Assembly: GCF_965641715.1 (NCBI RefSeq)
Contig: NZ_OZ282453.1
Strand: one strand, 5' to 3'
DNA length: 64,000 bases
From: Escherichia coli
Lineage (GTDB): Bacteria; Pseudomonadota; Gammaproteobacteria; Enterobacterales; Enterobacteriaceae
The notes under the pieces were generated by a model that did not search any database, had not been told where the DNA came from, and worked only from the letters and a program-made list of their open reading frames with translations. The position numbers were made by a program, and so were the translations under genes. This document shows positions 43,357-51,724 of this stretch, one piece after another. Position 1 is the stretch's first letter. Every line of letters starts with the position of its first letter.

Positions 43357-45723
43357 TCAACGTCTGCGCGGCTGCAAAATTCCTCCGGGTCGTTGTGATT
43401 CACGCTGCATCAGTCGCATCGCTGTGTTTTCTATGGTCTGCTGCAGCGCTTTTGAGTCTTCCTCTGTCCAGCCGTTGTTAGCCTGGATGTTGAACGTATT
43501 GTTCATCGTGATTCCGCCACCGCCTACCAGATCGCGGCCCGGTGTAACTCGTCCACCTTCACCCGGGATCATGTACTGTTTCCCGCCAGTGGATGTAAAT
43601 AGCTCCGGTACTCCGTGCTCCCCGACCCTATAAAGATTGCCACCGTTAACAGCCCCGCCGTTGTAACGAGCGCCAGCCAGTCCAAGCGTTTTGGCGGCAG
43701 CTACGCCAGTAGTAAGCCCGGTAAGTCCAGTGGCCCCAGCGCCGCCCATCGTGGCTACGTTAGCCAGGTATGCAGGAGTGGCCCACGCCGATCCTAATGC
43801 TGTAGCCTCTGCTAGTGCTTTAGCTGTTGCGGCTGCGTTTGCGGCTTCACCAATTAGCTGCTGTTTAACCCACTCAGCACCCATCTGGACAATGCCACCG
43901 ACCACAGAAGACAGGATCGTACTGCCAACGTTGGCAAGTGACTCTTGCAGCGATTGAGTACCGTTTATCAGTCCGGTAAATGCGCTGCCAGCGCCAGACG
44001 ATAACCCATCGACCATATTCCCGATGAGGCCATTTATATCGCTTTGTTTCTTCCACTGCTGCCACTGGAGATCCAGAACCCTTTGTTCATGTGCGATCTC
44101 TTCCTGGCGCAACTGCTCTTCGGTAGCCCCAAGATCTAGAAGCATTTGCTTGCGAACAGCCCATTCATTTTGGATCTTCTGTATTGGGTCAATCTGAGCT
44201 TTCTGCTTATCCTGCTCACTGACAAGACTGTCCCATTTCGCTTTCTGCTTGCGGATGGCTTCAGCTTCATCAATTGCTGCGAGTGTACTTGCTCGCTGTT
44301 TCGCGCTGATCAACCGTTTCTGCTCAGCCGCTTCCAGGTCTTCTACTGCTTTTTTCCGTTTATTGAGCGCCGCTAGTTCGGGATCGTATTTTTCCACCAA
44401 TGAAAGGCCGCTTGCTTCCTTACGTTCGCGTTCTCTTTGTGCCTGTTTGGCTGCCTGCTTAGCGGCGTTTTCTGCTTGTTTGGCTGCTCTTTCTTTCGCC
44501 CTGGTGTTCTCTTCTTCCTTGCGCTTATTCTCTTCTAACTCCTTGTTTTGTTCGCGTAATTTAACGATTTCCTCATGATGCGCCTTTGTCAGCTGGCCTT
44601 CTTTCAGTGCCCGATCTATATCAGCGTTTGCGTTGCCTTTTAGCTGTTCCTGTTTAACTTGCAGATGTTTAATCATCATTTCGCCAGTGGCAATCGCTGC
44701 CGCAGACGCTCCAGCATTCAGAGCTTCATTTAACGCTCTCTGACGTTCTTCTGCTGTTAATGCCTCGTTGCTGTATCGAAGTAGCGCATCAACGTATTTC
44801 TCCAGTTCTGCGCGGCCTGCCGCAGTTGCTGGTTCCATTGCTTTTAGGATGCTCAGAAGGCTTTGCGCTTCATAGGAAGACGGGTTTTTGCGGAACTGCG
44901 CCATAGCGTTATAAAGCGCCATAGCTTCACCCTCTGTGATTCTGTACTTAGCTCCCAGCCCTTCAATGACCGCTGATAACTGTTTGCCAAGCGCTGCACC
45001 GAATGCGCCTTCCTTGCTTAATTTGTTGAGCACTTCACTCAGTGAATTTCCTGACACGCCCAGCGCGTCGAGTTCTCTTGCTACCGTTCCCAGGTCGCCG
45101 CCTTTCATCCATCCTGCATTAGAAAATTCAGTGATAGCCCGGCCCGCTTCCCGCGTTTCTTCCTGGAGTGTTTTTAGCGCCCGCACGGCCTGCTCTTTCA
45201 TTACGGCGGCGGCAATGGCGTTGTTCTGTGTGGCTTCGTAATATGAATCACTGAAAGCGTTAACGCCCTGGGTGGATTTGCCGATCACGGCGTCGATTGA
45301 TGCTAATGCCTCCTTCATCCTTTCAGCGCTATCCGTTGCGTCGTCCATGCTGTCCGTTAGGCTGTTGGCAATCGCCCCGCCAATAGCCATCACCGCCCCC
45401 ATGACCGCACCGCCAGTACCGAAGGCAGCGGCAAGTTGTGCACCCTGCACAGCGAACGCCTGGAGCGCATTACCGCCCATCTGCAATTGAGTGGCAAGGT
45501 CTGCGATCTGGTATGATGCGTTACGGATTGCCGGGGAAAGGTTGGTTTTGACTGCGGCAGACGTTTTGGTCATCTGCGTGTTCAGTTTTTTGACGCCACT
45601 GTCAGCGCGTTTTGCGCCGCGTTCTATACTGTCAAAAGCCTGGTCCGCTTCTTGTTGTGCTGCCAGGAGTTTACCAGTACGGGCGTCGACCTCATAGTAT
45701 ATGGTCCCAAGATTCCCACTCAT
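43357..45723 (-). CDS. phage tail tape-measure protein, lambda gpH-like
   Basis: 788 aa; N-terminal Gly/Ala-rich hydrophobic segment (GGAVMGAVMAIGGAI); long Ala/Lys/Glu/Gln-rich coiled-coil centre; C-terminal Gly-rich region with NLYR and NNTFNIQ motifs resembling the lambda H C-terminus as recalled; no Walker A motif. Confidence 0.7.
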   Translation of the reverse strand: MSGNLGTIYYEVDARTGKLLAAQQEADQAFDSIERGAKRADSGVKKLNTQMTKTSAAVKTNLSPAIRNASYQIADLATQLQMGGNALQAFAVQGAQLAAAFGTGGAVMGAVMAIGGAIANSLTDSMDDATDSAERMKEALASIDAVIGKSTQGVNAFSDSYYEATQNNAIAAAVMKEQAVRALKTLQEETREAGRAITEFSNAGWMKGGDLGTVARELDALGVSGNSLSEVLNKLSKEGAFGAALGKQLSAVIEGLGAKYRITEGEAMALYNAMAQFRKNPSSYEAQSLLSILKAMEPATAAGRAELEKYVDALLRYSNEALTAEERQRALNEALNAGASAAAIATGEMMIKHLQVKQEQLKGNANADIDRALKEGQLTKAHHEEIVKLREQNKELEENKRKEEENTRAKERAAKQAENAAKQAAKQAQRERERKEASGLSLVEKYDPELAALNKRKKAVEDLEAAEQKRLISAKQRASTLAAIDEAEAIRKQKAKWDSLVSEQDKQKAQIDPIQKIQNEWAVRKQMLLDLGATEEQLRQEEIAHEQRVLDLQWQQWKKQSDINGLIGNMVDGLSSGAGSAFTGLINGTQSLQESLANVGSTILSSVVGGIVQMGAEWVKQQLIGEAANAAATAKALAEATALGSAWATPAYLANVATMGGAGATGLTGLTTGVAAAKTLGLAGARYNGGAVNGGNLYRVGEHGVPELFTSTGGKQYMIPGEGGRVTPGRDLVGGGGITMNNTFNIQANNGWTEEDSKALQQTIENTAMRLMQRESQRPGGILQPRRR

Positions 45724-46012
45724 AATATCTTTATCCGCGTTGTGCGGACACCTCCGATTATTCTTTACTCTAATAATTTCACAATGAAACAGTTTATTGC
45801 CGCTTCAGTGGCTTCGTGTTCCGGTTTGCTTCGATCAATCACAAAAAATACAGCTTAATAGAATCAATGGCTTATAAAGTTGTATTAGCTATGTTTCTTC
45901 GTCCGTGCCACTGAAAACCCAGTTTTTCCAATGGAATCAATACTGATATGTATCCATACTGTTTTTCACATAATGTACGTTATGCGCACTACGGGAAACG
46001 TACTGAATTTAT

Positions 46013-46243
46013 TTACTGGTCGCCGTTCAGTTCATGCAGAGTCTGTTCTGGCAATGAATCCAGCCAGTTTTCTGCATCCTCCCTGTAACACTCCAGGATG
46101 CAACGGTTTGTGAAGTTGATGAAAGCGGTCAGTGATTCTGCTTCGTCGTTCCTGTGCGTTCTCCTGGCGTGCTTGCGTAGTCGTTTCGCGTCTGCCAGTT
46201 GGTCATTGAGTATCTTCAGTCTGTCGGCAATATCATCGTTCAT
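46013..46243 (-). CDS. hypothetical small protein
   Basis: 76 aa; GGGAGA Shine-Dalgarno 6 nt upstream of the ATG. Confidence 0.45.
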   Translation of the reverse strand: MNDDIADRLKILNDQLADAKRLRKHARRTHRNDEAESLTAFINFTNRCILECYREDAENWLDSLPEQTLHELNGDQ

Positions 46244-46430
46244 GTCGTCTCTCCCTCGCGCGCGCGTCGTACTTGTCCGAAAATTACCCCCATAAAAGCG
46301 CCCCTCATATAGTGCAAAATCCCGGCTGACGCGGATCTCAGTGGGTTTTAGCAGTGAAAACTGACATCAAAAACGGCTCGCTAAGGTCCGCTAAGTATCC
46401 GCTATCGTTCGCTAACCCCCCGCTAACCTA

Positions 46431-46796
46431 TTAGATATCGCATCCAACGCTATTGAGCTGGCTATGTATATCGGCGCGAATTAACTTCAGGCGTTTACAA
46501 AATTCGCGTTCTTCCGAATTAAGCTCGCGGCCACCTTGTTTCGAGGCAATGAGCTTGTTGATGGTGGAAAGCGAATATTCACTCCATATACGAAGCATTT
46601 GTCGCTTCATTGGTTGCTCGCTCAATGGTGAGTTTTTCAGGTCTGACACGCGCTCTGCGACGGTTCTTGCGATGCCTTGTACCACTCGTAGTGCCAACAT
46701 GATGATTTTCTCCGGACTTGTGCTAATATAGTTCCCGAACATTGTTTCGAGACTGCTTATCCTGTTTGTCTTGTCCGATTTGTTCATTGGTCGCAT
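46431..46796 (-). CDS. hypothetical protein
   Basis: 121-aa ORF in the same orientation as, and closely spaced with, the upstream 180-aa ORF. Confidence 0.45.
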   Translation of the reverse strand: MRPMNKSDKTNRISSLETMFGNYISTSPEKIIMLALRVVQGIARTVAERVSDLKNSPLSEQPMKRQMLRIWSEYSLSTINKLIASKQGGRELNSEEREFCKRLKLIRADIHSQLNSVGCDI

Positions 46797-46838
46797 TGTT
46801 AAGTCAGCCGGGGTAATTCCCGGCTTTCTTTTATCCGA

Positions 46839-47381
46839 TCAGTACCGAATCCCTATCGCATTGAATACGCGTTTCCGTTGCTCAGCTTCAGGATCGGCGG
46901 CCATTTCTGGTTCTGGCTCCGGCATAGACGGGGCGGCATCAAAATGCTCAATTTCACGACCGAAATACGAGTTCAGGTCAATACCTGCCGAACTATCCAC
47001 TCCATCAAAATAGCGACGCTGTTCCTCGGTGAGACAGCTACCCAGACGTTCCTCAACCTGCGCCATAAACTCAGCATCCGGTGAGAAGTACTCATCCGGA
47101 GTCGGAGCACCGCTCTGTTTGTGCATCTCCATTTTCTCTGCGTTCGTTTTCAGCCCGGCAATGCGTTTCTCCAGTCCGGCGGCTTTAATAGCGTCAGCAA
47201 CGATTTGTGGGATCTGCGGTTTAATTATTTCGATAACTTCATTGCTGATTAATTTAAACTGGGCCATACGGATCGCTTTAATCTGCTTATTTAACAGTGC
47301 GCGTTCCCCTTCGTTGGCGGTTTTATCACGCTGTGCTACCAGTTCATCGCCTTTGTTTGTCAGTACATCAAATGCGTCCAT
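46839..47381 (-). CDS. hypothetical protein
   Basis: 180 aa; strong GGAGGAGG Shine-Dalgarno 7 nt upstream; acidic Pro/Glu-rich C-terminal tail; 17 nt downstream of the 108-aa ORF. Confidence 0.55.
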   Translation of the reverse strand: MDAFDVLTNKGDELVAQRDKTANEGERALLNKQIKAIRMAQFKLISNEVIEIIKPQIPQIVADAIKAAGLEKRIAGLKTNAEKMEMHKQSGAPTPDEYFSPDAEFMAQVEERLGSCLTEEQRRYFDGVDSSAGIDLNSYFGREIEHFDAAPSMPEPEPEMAADPEAEQRKRVFNAIGIRY

Positions 47382-47398
47382 TGTCTTTCCTCCTCCGA

Positions 47399-47725
47399 TT
47401 ATTTAAAAGTGCTTATTGACACGCCGAAACGACGACTTAATTCAAAAAGGAGTCGCGCCTTTGCAGTGCCTTCCATGTCTTCCGGCATTTCAGACTGAAG
47501 TTTATCAGCTACTTCATCAACAAGTGGCCGAACCGTTTCCACGAACTTGTCCGCAATATAATCAGCAGAACGCATCACTTTTTCCTGGAATTCCTCACGG
47601 CGTACCTGGGCGGCTGATTTAGGGGCTGTCGTGCGCTGAAAATAACTGTCTAATGAATGCATGGCATCTGCTCCTTTTACTTTGATTGCTGTTATTTCTT
47701 TAATTGTGTTTGCTTTGATTTTCAT
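47399..47725 (-). CDS. hypothetical protein
   Basis: 108-aa ORF starting 76 nt downstream of the AlpA-like gene. Confidence 0.5.
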   Translation of the reverse strand: MKIKANTIKEITAIKVKGADAMHSLDSYFQRTTAPKSAAQVRREEFQEKVMRSADYIADKFVETVRPLVDEVADKLQSEMPEDMEGTAKARLLFELSRRFGVSISTFK

Positions 47726-47801
47726 GCTGCCTATTCCTTCAGAAATTGCGGTAGTTTGCTTTTTAAATCAATAAGTTATTTGATAATCTCAGTAGCTGTT
47801 T

Positions 47802-47993
47802 TCATTGGTGGCGAGCGCCTTTGTTTTTATAGAATTCCAAAATCTCAGATCGGATAAACTTAATTCTTGAGCCAATCGGACTGACCGGGACGGGCCAGCC
47901 TTTAATCTTGTTCATCCACCGGAATATTGTCCGACGGGTAACGCCGAATAAAGCTGCTACCTCGTTAACCGTCATTAATTCGCTATCATTCAT
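47802..47993 (-). CDS. excisionase / AlpA-family DNA-binding protein
   Basis: 63 aa; HTH MTVNEVAALFGVTRRTIFRWM typical of excisionase-family domains; GAGGTGA Shine-Dalgarno. Confidence 0.7.
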   Translation of the reverse strand: MNDSELMTVNEVAALFGVTRRTIFRWMNKIKGWPVPVSPIGSRIKFIRSEILEFYKNKGARHQ

Positions 47994-48003
47994 GTTCTCA
48001 CCT

Positions 48004-48046
48004 CAAAAAGTAGCGGTGAGGAAAATATGGAGAAAACCCTCACCGC
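48004..48046 (-). promoter_or_regulatory. terminator-like hairpin in the leader of the AlpA-like gene (candidate attenuator)
   Basis: Minus-strand RNA reads GCGGUGAGG, 16-nt loop, CCUCACCGC, UACUUUUU, then GAGGUGAGAAC AUG; the 3' arm could alternatively pair with the Shine-Dalgarno. Confidence 0.45.
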
Positions 48047-48220
48047 GCCCTGAATGAAATTAAAGACCAACATTACTGTTGATACTTATTATTATATTCC
48101 TCCTGTCCCTGTTTCACATCTTTTACCATATAGTGAAAGGGGATATTCTGTAATGTTTACAAAACTTTTAATTAGCAAAAAATAATTGCGCATCTCACGT
48201 AATGCAGGGATAATATTACT

Positions 48221-48306
48221 CAAGGGCTGGTTGCCCTTACTCAAAATGTGATCTATAACTACAACGATCTATTTCACTTCCCCGCTTTCTCCGGCGGGAT
48301 TTTTTT
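48221..48306 (+). ncRNA. candidate small RNA (~86 nt), divergent from the AlpA-like operon
   Basis: Promoter-like TTGCGC (48186-48191), 17-bp spacer, GATAAT (48209-48214); internal hairpin agggctggttgccct; terminator cccgc tttctccg gcggg plus T7 at 48281-48306; no ORF. Confidence 0.4.
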
Positions 48307-49115
48307 GCCTGCAATCTGGCACCATTGCGCACATTAAAATTAGATGCCATTTAAAAGCGATATAACGCGTTCTGCCGGGCTTAATTTTGGCTATCCACTT
48401 GGAAGGGTAAGCCTGTTTTGATTCGTCTGGCGTGGAATGGTGCGGCGGTAATATCAGATCTCAGCGTTCTGCGTGGTGGGATGAAATAGCCTGGCAGGAT
48501 TTGCGTGTGGTTTGCTCTCCCAAAAAATGGGGTAATGGCGCTGGCTGGATGGCAGGACTCCGCGCTGATTACTGGATGGCTGAAAATTTAATGAAATCGC
48601 ATCAATTTTAATGCGTCTAAATCGCTCTGTGGCGACGTGAAGTTTTCAGGTAAGCAAGTGTAGCTGTGTGGTGTGTTCATCGCGTTACTGGCACCATTCC
48701 GTTCGAATTTGGCGCTATCAGGATGGTTTGCGGTGGTCGGCGGCGGGGATAAACTTGCTTGAGTGGTCACCTCAGCCTGCTGTGCGTCGTGTGATGGTAC
48801 TGTCTGCACCTGGCTATACGCTGCTTTGCTGCTGTTTCCTGTCTGGTCTGTATACGCGATAAAACCCATCGGCTTTACAGTGAGTGAGTTTTTTGCGCTT
48901 TGCTTTCCATTCGGTTTGCTTACTGCTGCTGTGTGTCTGTGCGGTAGCTCAGAAAGCTGTCGATGATAACCATCACTGCCAGACCGTCTTTTGAGCTGGC
49001 GATTGCTCGAAGTCTTCCGAAGGTCCGCTGGGCTTGTTGCTTGTTTGTGTTCTTTTAAAATGCGCGCCTCTTACTTTCTCTTAAAAAGAAAAAAGGAATA
49101 TACAGATCTCATACT

Positions 49116-49275
49116 ATGTGTGTCCCAAATGTCACACGTCATGGCCTGACCTGTATCCCAAATGTCACACGTCACCCTCTGACCTGTATCCCAAATGTCA
49201 CACGTACCTGTGTCCCAAATGTCACACGTCTATTGTTAATTAATTGTTGACCTGTGTCTCAAATGTCACACGTCT
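49116..49275. repeat. iteron array: five direct repeats of about 22 bp
   Basis: Copies start at 49116, 49149, 49182, 49206, 49250 (spacings 33, 33, 24, 44 bp); core cccaaatgtcacacgt; AT-rich ttgttaattaattgttga between copies 4 and 5. Confidence 0.7.
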
Positions 49276-49292
49276 GTTGATGGTTTAAGTAA

Positions 49293-49319
49293 TAAAAAGG
49301 GCCACCATTTTAGGTGACC
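49293..49319 (-). terminator. rho-independent terminator of the wHTH gene
   Basis: gggccacc atttta ggtgaccc hairpin (one G-U pair) with a U tract on the minus-strand transcript. Confidence 0.5.
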
Positions 49320-49338
49320 CATTGATGCGTTTTAGTCG

Positions 49339-50103
49339 TTATCTTGCGTTCTCGACCTGAAAAAGCATTCTGTATTTTCTTGCGTGCTGACCAATAACAT
49401 ATTCCCCGTATGGCTCAATGAGTCCTAACTCAACCAGGATTTTCATCTGGCGAATTACGGTGCGGCGATTCATGCCCCATTCATCAGCTATTTTTGCCTG
49501 GCAAACTTCAGATACATAAGATCCATCATTCTGCTTTCTTGCTGCTGATGCAATGCTGGATAATACGCTCCAGGCTGTAGCTTTAGCTTTATTCTCGCAA
49601 CCACTTCTGACAAATGCCTTACGTGCCGCACCCAAACAGACATAACTGCAATAAATTCCTTTTTCTTCCGTTTGGTATTGTGTCTCTTTATCCTGCATGG
49701 CTTCCGGTTCTTCCGGCGCTTCCTGCTGTGGTGCTGTCTGCGAAGTTTTAGCGGCCATACTGCGTAGCTCGTTCACGATATCAGTAGCTGATTTCTTCTC
49801 GCTTTTAGTTTCCTGCGTGACTGATAAATACTCACCTTGTAACGCCAGGAAGTCAGCGCGGGCGTTTGCCTGGCTTTGTTCTGGTGATTCAGGTTCTGCA
49901 TCGGCAGGTGATGAAATCGGTGATACACGCGCCCAGCCTGTTTTGGCGTTGCATTCCCAGCGATAACCATTAAAGCGGATATCATTCAGGCCATCATCAA
50001 TGGCGCTCCGTACTTCTTCCGGGATCGCGTCGATTTTCTGAAGGCTGTGTTTACCGAGTGATTCGCCTTGCCGTGGGGCGTAGGCGGTTGGTAAAATATT
50101 CAT
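49339..50103 (-). CDS. winged-helix DNA-binding protein, putative replication initiator or repressor
   Basis: 254 aa; AAGGAGA Shine-Dalgarno; acidic low-complexity middle; C-terminal HTH-like EVCQAKIADEWGMNRRTVIRQMKILVELGLIE; iteron array immediately downstream. Confidence 0.5.
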   Translation of the reverse strand: MNILPTAYAPRQGESLGKHSLQKIDAIPEEVRSAIDDGLNDIRFNGYRWECNAKTGWARVSPISSPADAEPESPEQSQANARADFLALQGEYLSVTQETKSEKKSATDIVNELRSMAAKTSQTAPQQEAPEEPEAMQDKETQYQTEEKGIYCSYVCLGAARKAFVRSGCENKAKATAWSVLSSIASAARKQNDGSYVSEVCQAKIADEWGMNRRTVIRQMKILVELGLIEPYGEYVIGQHARKYRMLFQVENAR

Positions 50104-50315
50104 GTGGGATTTCTCCTTTTTACTTGTTTCCCATATCGCCCGGATTGGTTAGCGGCCTTCCGGGCTTTTTGTTGCGTTGATCCTATTTTCGATCCCCGGA
50201 TTTTTTATTACAAACTTGGCTTAATCATTGATTTTATTGGTATAGCTGTATAAAAGGATAACAGGATAAAAGGGTGATAGATTGTGTAACCTGTTAACCT
50301 TTTATACCAGTAAGG

Positions 50316-50342
50316 CGAAAGAAAAGCCGGACGAATCCGGCC
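50316..50342 (-). terminator. rho-independent terminator after the integrase gene
   Basis: gccgga cgaa tccggc hairpin with a U-rich tract, 8 nt past the integrase stop. Confidence 0.5.
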
Positions 50343-50349
50343 TTATAGT

Positions 50350-51555
50350 TCACGGCTCCAGCGGATTACCGCCACCAGCCAATATCTGGTCGATGGCGTC
50401 GCTGTAGTCCTGCATCATGGCCCGCCGTTGCTTCAGATAGGCCGCCTGGTTATAAACGCCGCGCACACCTTTCGGAACGTGGGCCAGTTGGATTTCGATC
50501 CAGTCTGGTGAGTATCTGCCGTACTCGTTAAGTGCGGTTGAAAAGGTGGTTCGCCAGCCGTGACCAGTGGCTATCGACTTGTATCCGATACGCTCCAGGG
50601 CTTTAAGGATGGCACTGGCTGAAAGTGGCTTATCCATGAATCGACCAGGGAACACAAAAGCACTGTATCCGCTGCGGGTAAACTGGTCCTGTAATAGCTC
50701 GACCGCCTGCCGGGATAGCGGGACCACATGCGGGCGGCGGGCCTTCATGACTTCAGCGGGTAGGGTGATGGTTGCCGATTCCAGATCTACCCACTCCCAG
50801 CGCATTAAACGCAGTTCTGCGGTCCTTAGGGCGCTTAATATAAGCAAACGTATTGCCGTCTGAATCTGAACGCTCCCGGCTCTCTCAAGGGCTTTGTAGA
50901 AGGCCGGGATTTCGTTAATTTGTATCCATGCGTTATGGCCTGGGCGTCGGGCTTTCAATGCCGTGTCCAGATCTGCAACCGGATTTCGGTTAACCAGTTC
51001 AGTGATAACGGCAAATTTGAAGATTTCCCCTATACGCTGCCGTAATTTTCGGGCCTGTTCCGGCGCGGTGCGCTCTTTCTTCTGAAGCAATGCCAGCACG
51101 TCACGGGCCGTTATATCGACAATCGACCGCTTGCCAAGTACCGGATAAACATCTTTCTCCAGTGCCGATCTAACTTGTTTCGTGTAAGACTCAGACCAAC
51201 CGCTCACTCTGGTAGCAAACCAGTCTTCCGCTACCGTCTTAAAACTTGCCGCCATGTTGAGCGCATCAATGGCTTTCTCCTTGCGCGCTTCTTCCATTGG
51301 GTCAATTCCCTGGGCGATGAGTAAACGGCTCTCTGTGGCGCGTTTACGTGCTTCCTTCAAGGTAATCAGCGGATATACCCCAATAGCCTGTAACCGCTCT
51401 TTCTTGTCTATCCAGTACCGGAATCGCCAGTATTTGCTGCCATTGGGATGTACCAGCAAGAACAGGCCAGGTGTCTGTGAATCGGTGAGTTTGTAGGGCT
51501 TGTCCTTCGGCTGGGCGGCCTCTATGCCCTTTGCTGTCAGTGGTGTCTTGCTCAA
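50350..51555 (-). CDS. P4-type tyrosine integrase (site-specific recombinase), intZ-like
   Basis: 401 aa; N-terminal arm-binding domain (PYKLTDSQTPGLFLLVHPNGSKYWRFRY); C-terminal catalytic region with the HGWRTTFSTALNE and RGVYNQAAY motifs. Confidence 0.85.
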   Translation of the reverse strand: MSKTPLTAKGIEAAQPKDKPYKLTDSQTPGLFLLVHPNGSKYWRFRYWIDKKERLQAIGVYPLITLKEARKRATESRLLIAQGIDPMEEARKEKAIDALNMAASFKTVAEDWFATRVSGWSESYTKQVRSALEKDVYPVLGKRSIVDITARDVLALLQKKERTAPEQARKLRQRIGEIFKFAVITELVNRNPVADLDTALKARRPGHNAWIQINEIPAFYKALERAGSVQIQTAIRLLILSALRTAELRLMRWEWVDLESATITLPAEVMKARRPHVVPLSRQAVELLQDQFTRSGYSAFVFPGRFMDKPLSASAILKALERIGYKSIATGHGWRTTFSTALNEYGRYSPDWIEIQLAHVPKGVRGVYNQAAYLKQRRAMMQDYSDAIDQILAGGGNPLEP

Positions 51556-51724
51556 AACCGGATACCTCGATCTAACGACTCGATAACCCCGCTCATGTAT
51601 CCGTCGCGTTCGGTTGCGTTCGGCAGGATAAGTAACGGGCGTATTAAGTGGAACACCTTACAGGACAAGGGATAACGATGAAATAGAATTGTTCGAATGC
51701 TGTGAAAAATGTTACTCATCACTT

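Noticed and set aside
43316-43633. 105-aa plus-strand ORF overlapping the 3' end of the tape-measure gene
   Set aside because: Overlaps the strongly supported minus-strand tape-measure frame; Cys/Ser/Pro-rich translation and no Shine-Dalgarno.
43357-45723. Possibility that the 788-aa island protein is a P4 alpha-type primase-helicase (similar size)
   Set aside because: No Walker A P-loop or primase zinc-finger motifs; composition and motifs instead fit a lambda gpH-like tape-measure protein.
48588-48869. 93-aa minus-strand ORF in the ORF-poor segment
   Set aside because: Overlaps two plus-strand ORFs of similar size, has a low-complexity Ser/Thr/Ala/Pro-rich translation and no Shine-Dalgarno; treated as non-coding pending homology evidence.
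49116-49275. Possibility that the direct repeats are a CRISPR array
   Set aside because: Repeat units are about 22 bp with 2 to 22-bp spacers and uneven spacing, there are no cas genes, and the arrangement fits iterons.
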